Source: an uncultured virus (IMG/VR IMGVR_UViG_3300032167_005167) (Duplodnaviria > Heunggongvirae > Uroviricota > Caudoviricetes). Taken from it: a DNA stretch of 28,356 nt. The notes under the pieces are model-generated. The model was not told the DNA's origin. It did no database searches and saw only the letters and a list, made by a program, of their open reading frames with translations. This document shows, in pieces, positions 9,009-17,569 of the stretch. The translations under genes and the position numbers were made by a program. Each line of letters begins with the position of its first letter. Position 1 is the stretch's first letter. The DNA lies in IMG/VR virus record IMGVR_UViG_3300032167_005167; one strand, 5' to 3'.

Positions 9009-9848
9009 TCACTCCTCAGAATCCTCGTCCGCATCTTCATCGTCGGACTCGTAGTCGTTGTTGCTTGTACCATATAGCTTTTTTTGTGAGAGCTTATGCT
9101 TGCATTTGCGATTATAGATGTTGAGCATTGCTTCAGCAAAACCAAGCGAACCAGGATGGCGCTCTTTGGCAGTACGGGTTATTGCTTTGGGGGATACCAT
9201 GCTGAGGCGCTCCTTGAAGAGATCCTCTTGAAGCCTGTCACCAAATACAACAATCAGCTTTGCTACACCGTTCAGCATGTTTGCAGACAGTGAGTTCTGC
9301 TCGCCTTCCCAAGTGCCAATGCATAGACGGAGTACTTTATCAAGCACATGAAAACCATAACGATCAAAGATACCTTCGACAGCTGCTATTGCGCAGATGG
9401 CGTTCGACTTTTTCACTGAAGTAATCTCGAGGTTATAAGAACGAACGAGGTCATTGATCATGTGGTGCTTTTTGCTGCCTGCTTCCAAATGAGCTGTAAA
9501 GGTTTCGATGGGAACCAACGCACGAGAGTGTTTTTGCTGTTCCGCGAATATCTGTGCTTCATGCTGGTATTCGAGGCTGTCATAGATCATGCACCATACA
9601 GGTGTATCACGGGACATCGACTTAGCTGCAACGATCTCGATCGTGTGCTGACCGTCAAAAACGTAGTTGATGCCGTTTCGGCGGCTGACCTTGACGGGAT
9701 TGATTTGGTAGAGATCAAAATCAGCGACAGCTCTTAGAATTTGAGATTCCGATAGTCTGCGTTGATACTCCTGGTTGGAAACGAGATTCTTGATGGGGAT
9801 CTTTTCAAAAACAACTTTAGGGACATAGGGGCTGTAATCCGTGGCCAT
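9009..9848 (-). CDS. ParB/Srx-fold protein with a DGQH motif (DUF6551-like)
   Basis: YQR...NPVKVSRR....YVFDGQHT...VWC and EAQIFAEQ motifs; acidic tail. Confidence 0.7.
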   Translation of the reverse strand: MATDYSPYVPKVVFEKIPIKNLVSNQEYQRRLSESQILRAVADFDLYQINPVKVSRRNGINYVFDGQHTIEIVAAKSMSRDTPVWCMIYDSLEYQHEAQIFAEQQKHSRALVPIETFTAHLEAGSKKHHMINDLVRSYNLEITSVKKSNAICAIAAVEGIFDRYGFHVLDKVLRLCIGTWEGEQNSLSANMLNGVAKLIVVFGDRLQEDLFKERLSMVSPKAITRTAKERHPGSLGFAEAMLNIYNRKCKHKLSQKKLYGTSNNDYESDDEDADEDSEE

Positions 9849-9851
9849 GGC

Positions 9852-10835
9852 TTACTCCTTGCTTAATACCGCTAAAAGCTCCTCTATGTTGATTTGCAGT
9901 TCCAGAAGAGCTTCTTCCAGTTCTGATTTGGCGCGAAGAGAAACAATTTCAAGGTTCGAGTGGTTGCGTGTTCTTTCGATAGAGCTTGTCCATGAAGGAA
10001 TTGTCAATGTTAGTCCTGTAACTTCTGCATCAGGATCAAACTCTGGCATTGTTTTGATGTTGGTATGCAGGACGATGGGCGGGGGAGCAGGCTGGGATAG
10101 GTCGCTCATGCTGCTGCGGGCGACGCTATACGGAACAAAGGGTTGGGCTTTTTTCTCAAGCAGCATTTGTTGATTGAACTTCTTGATCTCGGGACCGCTC
10201 ATTTTGGAAAGCGCGACAATGTTTCTATGAGATATCTTGTAGCGTCCTGAGAGGATTCGAGGCATCATGGATGGATCCTTTTGAGCGATCTTATCGAGCG
10301 CTTTGGAATACGTTCCATATTTCTCTACTGTACCGTGAGCTAAGTGGTATTCAGCCGCCAAGCGCTCTGATGTACGAAGAGAGTCACTGGATGGCTGCGA
10401 TTGTGTCGAGCGTTGTGTGGAATCATAGGTTTCATATGGAAGGTTTTCTTCGTCTGGTTCGGGTGTATATTGGTTTGCCCCCTTTGAATTCTTACGGTAA
10501 CTAATGATTTTCTCAGCTTCATAGCGCTTACCAATTAAGTACTTCCTTGTTTCCTCAGAAATATTGCGCCGCCCAAGCTGATTAGCGCATATCCATGCAA
10601 TCGCTTCTTCCCGACTAGAAAAATCATGTGTGACGGTGGAGAACGGTATATGATGGCGCGTACAGATCTCATACCGGTTATGACCATCTACAATCACGCC
10701 ATTCCAAATGGTGATCGGATCCCTACAACCGTCAGAAAGAAGATTTGATTCAAGTGTAAGGTATTCATCCTTTAACAGAGGACGAACTAGCTCTCTAAAC
10801 TCGGTGTCGATTAACAGTTTCTGGATCTCGGTCAT
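9852..10835 (-). CDS. ParB-like protein with N-terminal ParB domain and probable HTH
   Basis: IDTEF...L..DG.RDPI..W.G.IVDGHNRYEIC...NQLGRRN box motifs; probable HTH at TSERLAAEYHLAHGTVEKY. Confidence 0.75.
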   Translation of the reverse strand: MTEIQKLLIDTEFRELVRPLLKDEYLTLESNLLSDGCRDPITIWNGVIVDGHNRYEICTRHHIPFSTVTHDFSSREEAIAWICANQLGRRNISEETRKYLIGKRYEAEKIISYRKNSKGANQYTPEPDEENLPYETYDSTQRSTQSQPSSDSLRTSERLAAEYHLAHGTVEKYGTYSKALDKIAQKDPSMMPRILSGRYKISHRNIVALSKMSGPEIKKFNQQMLLEKKAQPFVPYSVARSSMSDLSQPAPPPIVLHTNIKTMPEFDPDAEVTGLTLTIPSWTSSIERTRNHSNLEIVSLRAKSELEEALLELQINIEELLAVLSKE

Positions 10836-11221
10836 AGCGTAACCTCATCGCATTCGACTCTCTGAAGCGTACTCAATGGAAAGCGCGCCGCGCGCATAGA
10901 AGGGATAATACTGCCGGTAAGGCGATACACATGATTTGGCTCTATTTCGGGTTTTAGTGTTCGAAGTTTGCGAAGAAACATTTTGCTGTGGATATCAACG
11001 CAGTTATCAGCGCGTAGGTTCTTCGGATTAAGACGGATTTCTTGGCCACCTGGTACTTCGCAATCAGGACAGACAATAGCAACGATCATATCTTCGGGGT
11101 TGAAAAGCAATTGAATCAGTACCGGATTGCCCAGCAGATGAATGGTCGGCTTATGGATGCGAATACGGTGTTTCTTCATATCGAGCGCTATGCTGATCGT
11201 AGGATTCATCTGTTCTGCCAT
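10832..11221 (-). CDS. Hypothetical protein; stand-alone copy of the domain repeated in the two upstream genes (possibly AbrB-like beta fold)
   Basis: RIRIHKPTIHLLGNPVLIQLLFNPEDMIVAI; overlaps both neighbours; RBS GGAGGTG. Confidence 0.7.
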   Translation of the reverse strand: MAEQMNPTISIALDMKKHRIRIHKPTIHLLGNPVLIQLLFNPEDMIVAIVCPDCEVPGGQEIRLNPKNLRADNCVDIHSKMFLRKLRTLKPEIEPNHVYRLTGSIIPSMRAARFPLSTLQRVECDEVTL

Positions 11222-12003
11222 GAGGAATCACCTCCATTTTGCGTATCAGGCATCAAGGGTGGCTGCGTTGAAGAAGAGGATGACGGTGCTGCTGCAGGCT
11301 CAGTATTCTTTTCTTTGAGACCATAAACAGCATAATTGTCAAATATGTTGATTTGAAGTGATTTGCGATGTTCCTCATAGGGGATGCCGAACTGATCCTG
11401 CCATTCTGCAGGAAAGATTGGGGTTTTGCTCGTCTTCGGCTTCTCACCTTCTTTTACAATGCGTTGGTACATTTCTGTTGAAGTCAGATCGAAGACAAAC
11501 AGGTATTCACCATTTGCACGGATGAGCTTCCCAAGAATCTTATAGCGATAATCGGGATTCCAACCCATAAGAGCACAGATCTTCATAAAAAACATCTTAC
11601 CGGTGACCTGTCGAGGTTTGCGTTTGCCGCCGCTGTTGGTACACCATTGGAAGGAATGAAGATCGGATTCCTGACAAGGCCGAACAGCCAGTTTGCGTGT
11701 CTGTCGGTTGACGAGAAACTGAATATAGTCAGTCTGAGGCAGCCTCTTTATGCAGCCGGAGTTCAAACCGATCTTGTAGTTGCTGAATGTGATTGAGGGC
11801 TCAAATACGTGGGAGAAGAATTCTCTTCGAACGACCTGGTATTTGTCCAGAGAAAACGAATCATCATCCTCGATGATTTCGTCTCCAATGGGCGAATACA
11901 CGTGGGCCAGCTGGCTATCTGTTGCTTCAGGTGTGGGCAGAAGGTCAGGACTCGTAGGTTGATGCGAAGGGAAGAGGGGTTCGTTGAGCATGTAATCGTT
12001 CAT
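11206..12003 (-). CDS. Hypothetical recombinase-accessory protein, paralogous to the C-terminal domain of the serine recombinase
   Basis: Aligns by eye with recombinase residues ~390-570 (KLAVRP/KLAIRP, PRQV/PRQI, GWNPDYRY/GWNPGYKY); ATGA overlap; RBS GGAGG. Confidence 0.8.
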   Translation of the reverse strand: MNDYMLNEPLFPSHQPTSPDLLPTPEATDSQLAHVYSPIGDEIIEDDDSFSLDKYQVVRREFFSHVFEPSITFSNYKIGLNSGCIKRLPQTDYIQFLVNRQTRKLAVRPCQESDLHSFQWCTNSGGKRKPRQVTGKMFFMKICALMGWNPDYRYKILGKLIRANGEYLFVFDLTSTEMYQRIVKEGEKPKTSKTPIFPAEWQDQFGIPYEEHRKSLQINIFDNYAVYGLKEKNTEPAAAPSSSSSTQPPLMPDTQNGGDSSWQNR

Positions 12004-13868
12004 AATTCAACCTCCTGGGGCTTCCAGTCGCCCAATTCTTGCTGGATGAAACTACGTAGTGTGTCGTAATCGGTCACATGAAGCTTCATACCGATATTGC
12101 ATAGTTGGCCTTCAACATGAAGTTGCCATTCTTCACGTGTTTGTTTTGCTAAAACTGAGAAGGGACGTTCCAAGTAAAAGTCATTGCCGAACGTATCGGT
12201 TAATGAAGCTGGAACTCCAACAACCCGATTGTAGACTTTATTCATGGGCTGGATGGATTCCGGCGAGTGCGTATCATTTGGGCGCTGTATATCATGTGGC
12301 TGGAATAGAATGGTGGCTTCTTTAGCATTGAAGATATAGACTTCTTCTGTGCCGTTTTTTACTAGAGAACTGTACATCCGGTATTTATAGCCTGGATTCC
12401 ATCCAAATAGAGAAAACAGCGTATGAAAAAATGCTGCGCAAGAAATCTGTCGAGGGTATTTTTTATCACCAAAGGTTTTTGCCCAAATAACTGCATTGCG
12501 ATTGTCCTTAGAGGTAGGGCGAATAGCCAGTTTCTGCTGTGTAGGGTGAACCAGAAGCTCAACATAAACATCAGAGTTCATTCGGCGAACGCATTCTGCG
12601 CTGAACTTGATCTCTTTATCAGAAAGGGAAACGAATGGGACATGACCGACATCGAATAAGTCGGTATGCGCAATCTCGAACCCGCGCATATCAAAATCAC
12701 CTGCTTCAACCTCAATGCAAACTTCAGAATTGACTGCATCCAGCTCTTCCTTAGTGTAGACCGAAGCAGAAGCTTTGAGGTATTCCAGTTCCTTAAAGCC
12801 ACTCCAGCGAGGATTGATGATCACATATCCTTTGAGCAAACCATTCGGTATAACACGAAGCTCAGGTAAAATGGATTTGTTGCCATATTTGGCATTTTTG
12901 AGCATGTGCTGAACAGCGATGAAATCGTCGTGCGAGATAATGGCATCGTGCTCATCGTAGTAGTGGCTTCGGGGCCGCTCGCCACGATTCTTGACGGAGC
13001 GATGAGAAAGAACATCTGGCGTATATGTTTTACGGGTATAGACATCGCCGCAATAGCGTTCGTTACGCATCGTTGTGGCGACTCCATTTGCTGTCCATTT
13101 TGCATTTCCCTTGTAGGTCTTTTTGCCTAGTTCGGTGAGTGTATCGGCAATTTGCTTAGTTGAGTAACCATATAGGTACATATAAAACATCAGCTTGGGA
13201 ATGTGTGCTGTTTCAGGATCGGGGATTAGTTTGCCATCATCGTTGTGTGTGAAGCCAAGGAGCTTTGGTGTTAGAGGAAGTCCGTGATCTAGGCGCATGC
13301 GCAGAGAAGTCTCCATGCTCCGGCTCTTGTTTCTCGACTCTTCCTCTGCCATGGTTGCCTGGAAGGACAACGCCATGTTTGATGTTTCATTGAGTGAAAA
13401 GATGTTCTCTGCTTCGAAGAAAACGCCGATGGGAGGAAAACGCTCAGATAGCATGCGGACCATTCCAAGAAAGTCGACAACATTACGCGCAAATCTCGAA
13501 ACGCTTTTTGTGATGATCAGGTCGATTTTTCCCGCGCGGCAGTCTGCAATCATTCGATTGAACTCGTCGCGATGTTTGAGTGATGTGCCGCTGATTCCTT
13601 CATCAGCATAGATACCAACAAGCTCCCACTTGGGATGCCGGATAACGAAGTCCTCATAATACTTCTTCTGCAGCTCGTACGACGTGGTCTGACGGACGTC
13701 GTCCGTTGAAACGCGGACATAGACACCGACTCGTTGAGCGACATCATTATCATAGTAGTTGGGGTCTTTTCGCTCGGGATAATATCTGTAATTGTTCTCA
13801 TCAACCTGAACCCGTACCCTTTGACGAATACGATCTTTTTGCTCCTGATTGGTATAGCGGCGACTCAC
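12000..13868 (-). CDS. Large serine recombinase (resolvase and recombinase domains with an atypical C-terminal domain)
   Basis: YVRVSTDD catalytic Ser, YADEGISGT, TKSVSRFARN, AEEESRNKS; recombinase domain with NERYCGD and HDAIIS; GTG start with RBS GAGGTG. Confidence 0.93.
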   Translation of the reverse strand: MSRRYTNQEQKDRIRQRVRVQVDENNYRYYPERKDPNYYDNDVAQRVGVYVRVSTDDVRQTTSYELQKKYYEDFVIRHPKWELVGIYADEGISGTSLKHRDEFNRMIADCRAGKIDLIITKSVSRFARNVVDFLGMVRMLSERFPPIGVFFEAENIFSLNETSNMALSFQATMAEEESRNKSRSMETSLRMRLDHGLPLTPKLLGFTHNDDGKLIPDPETAHIPKLMFYMYLYGYSTKQIADTLTELGKKTYKGNAKWTANGVATTMRNERYCGDVYTRKTYTPDVLSHRSVKNRGERPRSHYYDEHDAIISHDDFIAVQHMLKNAKYGNKSILPELRVIPNGLLKGYVIINPRWSGFKELEYLKASASVYTKEELDAVNSEVCIEVEAGDFDMRGFEIAHTDLFDVGHVPFVSLSDKEIKFSAECVRRMNSDVYVELLVHPTQQKLAIRPTSKDNRNAVIWAKTFGDKKYPRQISCAAFFHTLFSLFGWNPGYKYRMYSSLVKNGTEEVYIFNAKEATILFQPHDIQRPNDTHSPESIQPMNKVYNRVVGVPASLTDTFGNDFYLERPFSVLAKQTREEWQLHVEGQLCNIGMKLHVTDYDTLRSFIQQELGDWKPQEVEL

Positions 13869-14524
13869 TCGAGATCACCTCGGCTTTCCGGCTCATCAAG
13901 AAGCAGGTCCCAGCTACCCGAGGGGAGAAAGCCAGTTTCGTGCAAATCACTCTGGTAATATGACGCAAGCGTAAATATGTCTTCAGAAATGAAATAAATG
14001 CCTATTGGCTTTGGTTGGGCAGCAAGAAAGCGAGCACAGAACGTTATTTCCTCAGGAGTTCTAGTTACATTGCTAACCTTCTGTGTGATGATGAGATCAA
14101 CTTTGCCGTCCATACAGTCCTGAAGAAGACGAGACCAGTTCTTTGCATTCTCCATATAGGGAGCGGTTTGGCCTTCATCGACGTAGAAGTCATAGATCGA
14201 CCAATTGGGGCAAAGGGCAATGGTGTCAATGAATTCCTGCTTGTGGTAGGCAAGGTAATTGGGATACTTGGTTTGATTGAAGTATCGAATGTATACTCCG
14301 ATACGATAGTGCTCATATGGGCTAGGGTATTCGTGAGGGATACTGTCCAGCCAGAGTTTATGCCGTGCAATCGTTCGACGATGGGCCTCGGTTTGCGGGT
14401 CTCTAGCGAATGGACTTTCCTGTGTACCGTATCGCATTGCATCCCACATGTTCGTTTGACCAATTTGCGCTGTTTGCATGGGTTCCAACAGCTGCTGTTC
14501 CGTTTCATCTACGAATTCGCGCAT
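13865..14524 (-). CDS. Resolvase-domain protein, predicted catalytically inactive
   Basis: Resolvase-like GVYIR...W.IYDFYVDEG...RLLQDC..GKVDLIIT...IGIYFISEDIFTL, but YxRxS reads YIRYF and SRFAR reads SNVTR. Confidence 0.8.
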   Translation of the reverse strand: MREFVDETEQQLLEPMQTAQIGQTNMWDAMRYGTQESPFARDPQTEAHRRTIARHKLWLDSIPHEYPSPYEHYRIGVYIRYFNQTKYPNYLAYHKQEFIDTIALCPNWSIYDFYVDEGQTAPYMENAKNWSRLLQDCMDGKVDLIITQKVSNVTRTPEEITFCARFLAAQPKPIGIYFISEDIFTLASYYQSDLHETGFLPSGSWDLLLDEPESRGDLE

Positions 14525-14552
14525 AGCAACCTCCAGGTATATTTATGCGAAT

Positions 14553-14616
14553 ACTATATAATCAAGAGGCATGAAGTACAATAAACCAGAAGTCAAGTGC
14601 ATGACTCCTGGTTTAT
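14553..14616 (-). promoter_or_regulatory. Sigma-A-like promoter of the recombinase operon with an adjacent 15-bp inverted repeat
   Basis: Minus strand TTGTAC-17-TATAGT (14581-14553). Inverted repeat ATAAACCAGAAGTCA / TGACTCCTGGTTTAT (14581-14616), 14/15 match. Confidence 0.55.
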
Positions 14617-14635
14617 GATCAATCATTTTTGTAAC

Positions 14636-14662
14636 AAAAAAGTGAGCATTATCGCTCACTTT
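14636..14662 (-). terminator. Intrinsic terminator of the minus-strand XRE gene
   Basis: AAAGTGAGC-ATTATC-GCTCACTTT perfect 9-bp stem, with a T-run on the minus strand, just after the stop at 14667. Confidence 0.75.
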
Positions 14663-14666
14663 GGGT

Positions 14667-15026
14667 TTACTGGTTATTGTGAATGCTTCGCATAGCTGCT
14701 TTTAGATTCTTAGTTGTTGTGAGGAGCATTTCCATTTCAGCGGGAGTGCAATCAGAGAGGATTTCGCTAAACTCGTGTTGATATAGATTATTTACGGTTG
14801 GTACATCGGCGCGAAGAATTGAGTCTGAAGAAACCTGGAGTGCTTCAACAATGCGCTTGAAACTGGTGACCAGCATTTTTGACCTGCCATTCTCGATGGC
14901 ATTCATTGTGGGCAAAGAAATGCTAGCTTTTTCTGCAAGCTCTGCTTGGCTCATATTCAGCTGAATGCGGGCAGCGCGAATGCGAAGTCCAATCAGTTCT
15001 GGTTCGGTCATCTGGTTTTCGCTCAC
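14667..15026 (-). CDS. XRE-family HTH transcriptional regulator
   Basis: IGLRIRAARIQLNMSQAELAEKASIS....NAIENG; GTG start with RBS GAGGTGG. Confidence 0.9.
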   Translation of the reverse strand: MSENQMTEPELIGLRIRAARIQLNMSQAELAEKASISLPTMNAIENGRSKMLVTSFKRIVEALQVSSDSILRADVPTVNNLYQHEFSEILSDCTPAEMEMLLTTTKNLKAAMRSIHNNQ

Positions 15027-15177
15027 GTTACCACCTCGTAGAGACTATAATTTAGCTTGGACACTATATACAAGTATATTCTATCTTTTTCTGCACGCAA
15101 ATAATATAAAGTAGTGGCTTTATTGAAGTAAGTAGACGTAAATAGAGGTGCAAAAAATTTGTTAGGAGGGCCATACA

Positions 15178-15540
15178 ATGCACCTAAATTACGCAGTCAT
15201 CGGAAAAAGAATCAAGTTGATCCGAACAGAACAGAAACTCTCGCAATTTGCACTGGCGGAGAGAATTGGAAAATCACCGACCTACATTAGTCATATCGAG
15301 AATGGATCTAAGAGCGCGAGTTTGGAGACGTTGGTAACGATCGCTAACGCATTGAAAGTGACAACTGACATACTTCTAGCAGAGTGTCTCGAACATAACA
15401 AAAAGCTAGTGAATTATGAATTCTCAGCTCTGCTTGCTGACTGTAATGAGTATGAAAAGCGTGTGATTATGGAGAATGCGAGAGAGCTCAAGCGGATATT
15501 GAAAGAGAATAGCCATATATCGCATAAGCGCATACGATAA
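15178..15540 (+). CDS. XRE-family HTH transcriptional regulator
   Basis: IGKRIKLIRTEQKLSQFALAERIGKSPTYISHIENG; RBS AGGAGG. Confidence 0.92.
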   Translation: MHLNYAVIGKRIKLIRTEQKLSQFALAERIGKSPTYISHIENGSKSASLETLVTIANALKVTTDILLAECLEHNKKLVNYEFSALLADCNEYEKRVIMENARELKRILKENSHISHKRIR

Positions 15541-15733
15541 GAGTAGACTGCAAGGGAAACGAATCTAGCTTGGTTGTTCTGAGGGTGACTTACAGTTTTG
15601 ATTCTGTATTTGTCATATTGAGTCTTACATTTCCAGCAAACGCTCTTACGTTTCCGAAAATACCAACATTTCATAAAATCTCTGTGATATAGTTAAGCGC
15701 ACAATTGGAAGAAAGCTGGGAGGAGGGGGTTCG

Positions 15734-16405
15734 ATGATCTATGTGATGTCGGATATACATGGACAGAGAAAACAGTTTGAAGAGATGATGGAACTGATTA
15801 ACTTGGAAGATGACGATCACCTTTATATTCTTGGGGACATCGTTGATCGAAATCCTGATGGTATTTCTCTTTTGCAGATGGTCAGACGCATGAAAAACGC
15901 AACAATGCTGCTTGGAAACCACGAACTCATGATGATTGATGCAATCCGAAATCCTGATGATGAGTTTTTGTGGAGACTCTGGTTTCAGAATGGTGGTATG
16001 ACAACCTACGATCACTATATGGAGCTTGAACCGGAGGAGAGAGACGCAATCATTGAGTACATTGATGGACTCCCTGTCAATATTGACATTAGTGTGGGCG
16101 GCGTGAAGTATCTTCTGGTTCATGGAGTGCCACTTGAATCGTGTAAAATCACCAGAAAGAACTCCAATCTTCGTTCTTTATCGGTCTGGTCGCGGATAGA
16201 GACCTGTGATAGCTTTCCGGAAGGAAAGGTGGTTATCTTCGGGCATACCCCGACTGAGAATTATTCGGATGAGGAGACTATGAAAATCTGGCATAAAGAT
16301 TACCTGATCGGGATTGACTGTGGCTGCGCTTATGGAACAAGGGGCAGGCTGGGATGCTTGAGACTTGATGACATGCAAGAATTCTACTCGTCAGGGATGA
16401 TCTGA
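15734..16405 (+). CDS. Metallophosphoesterase, Ser/Thr protein phosphatase (PrpA / lambda NinI-like)
   Basis: SDIHG, GDIVDRNP, GNHE, VHG, FGHTP and IDCG motifs. Confidence 0.9.
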   Translation: MIYVMSDIHGQRKQFEEMMELINLEDDDHLYILGDIVDRNPDGISLLQMVRRMKNATMLLGNHELMMIDAIRNPDDEFLWRLWFQNGGMTTYDHYMELEPEERDAIIEYIDGLPVNIDISVGGVKYLLVHGVPLESCKITRKNSNLRSLSVWSRIETCDSFPEGKVVIFGHTPTENYSDEETMKIWHKDYLIGIDCGCAYGTRGRLGCLRLDDMQEFYSSGMI

Positions 16406-16417
16406 AAGGAAAGTAAT

Positions 16418-16804
16418 ATGGGAAAGTATTCAGATGAGCTAAAACAGGATGCGCTATACATGGCCATAACAGAAGGGTTTTCAAAAGCGCAAAGAAAGTA
16501 TCAAGTTCCGCAATCTACATTGAGACTGTGGCACAAAACAGCGAAAGATTCCGGGCGGCTGCCGGAAGGGTATGCGGATAAAGCGCCAGAGTTAACAGAG
16601 GGAAGTGGAGCACAAGCATCTGCTACGTTTGAGGCTGAGATGGATGAATGCTGTGATGAAGTGCCGGAACAGGATAAGCCGGATGCTATCGCGACAGCCA
16701 TGGCTCTGCTGGTGATCGAAAACATGCGCCTCAGGGAAATGAATCATCAGCTGCGAAAAACGATAGAGACCTTCAAGACGCGAAATGGCCTAGATGAAAG
16801 CTGA
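16418..16804 (+). CDS. HTH plus coiled-coil protein resembling IS3-family OrfA, with no OrfB
   Basis: KYSDELK...AQRKYQVPQSTLRLW HTH and a C-terminal ENMRLREMNHQLRK zipper. Confidence 0.55.
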   Translation: MGKYSDELKQDALYMAITEGFSKAQRKYQVPQSTLRLWHKTAKDSGRLPEGYADKAPELTEGSGAQASATFEAEMDECCDEVPEQDKPDAIATAMALLVIENMRLREMNHQLRKTIETFKTRNGLDES

Positions 16805-16825
16805 AAATACGAGAAGAGGTTCGAC

Positions 16826-17569
16826 ATGAACGCCAGAATCATTATGTGCCAACCCTTGACTGAGGATATGAGCAAAGAAGAATCTATGCAAATTTCTGAT
16901 TTGCGGGGGTTTGTTTGCTTTATTCCTTCGGTTAATATTGGACAGCCCATGGAGATCATGTCTTCAAACATGGTTTCTACCCGGTACAAGGCAGGTCTTG
17001 TGATCCGAGTTGAAGAGGAAGAACAGGGAAGATACCGGATCGCAACGGAAAAAGCCACTTTTGAAGTGCTTAATTTGGAATATGGAAGAAAAAAACCGGG
17101 ACGCATCAAAGCAACCCGGTATATGGAGAGTAGGATATGTCATACGCCGTTGCGAGTAGAGACAGATCCAGATGGTCATTTATTTGCTGATGGTGTTTTT
17201 CCTACGAAGCTCTTTGCTTCTGATTTGCCGGAGCACTTTGTATATGGGTACATGTATAAGAGACACGGATACATCTCTGCAGCAGGAGTAAAGCATTTGC
17301 TCTATGTGCCGAACTATGTCTTCAATCATCGTCATAAGGACGATACGCTGTATATCTCATATGACAGTCCAATTTGGTCAGAGACGGATACATTTGGGAT
17401 ACACTACGCAGGATATAAGCATGCCGTTAGCGGATGGCTGATTGTAGACTTTGTCAATGCTGCAGAGAAGTATTCAGGATATGATGTGTCTGAAATCAGG
17501 CTAGAGATTCAGAAAAAGAGTGACTGGTTTGATGAGAAGTACGGACGCGGAGATAGACTGAATGGGTAG
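16826..17569 (+). CDS. Hypothetical protein (247 aa)
   Basis: Long ORF with RBS GAGG in a co-directional gene string. Confidence 0.7.
   Translation: MNARIIMCQPLTEDMSKEESMQISDLRGFVCFIPSVNIGQPMEIMSSNMVSTRYKAGLVIRVEEEEQGRYRIATEKATFEVLNLEYGRKKPGRIKATRYMESRICHTPLRVETDPDGHLFADGVFPTKLFASDLPEHFVYGYMYKRHGYISAAGVKHLLYVPNYVFNHRHKDDTLYISYDSPIWSETDTFGIHYAGYKHAVSGWLIVDFVNAAEKYSGYDVSEIRLEIQKKSDWFDEKYGRGDRLNG

Noticed and set aside
16418..17569. Complete IS3-family insertion sequence
   Set aside because: The 247-aa downstream ORF has no DDE/rve motifs, and no terminal inverted repeats were found.
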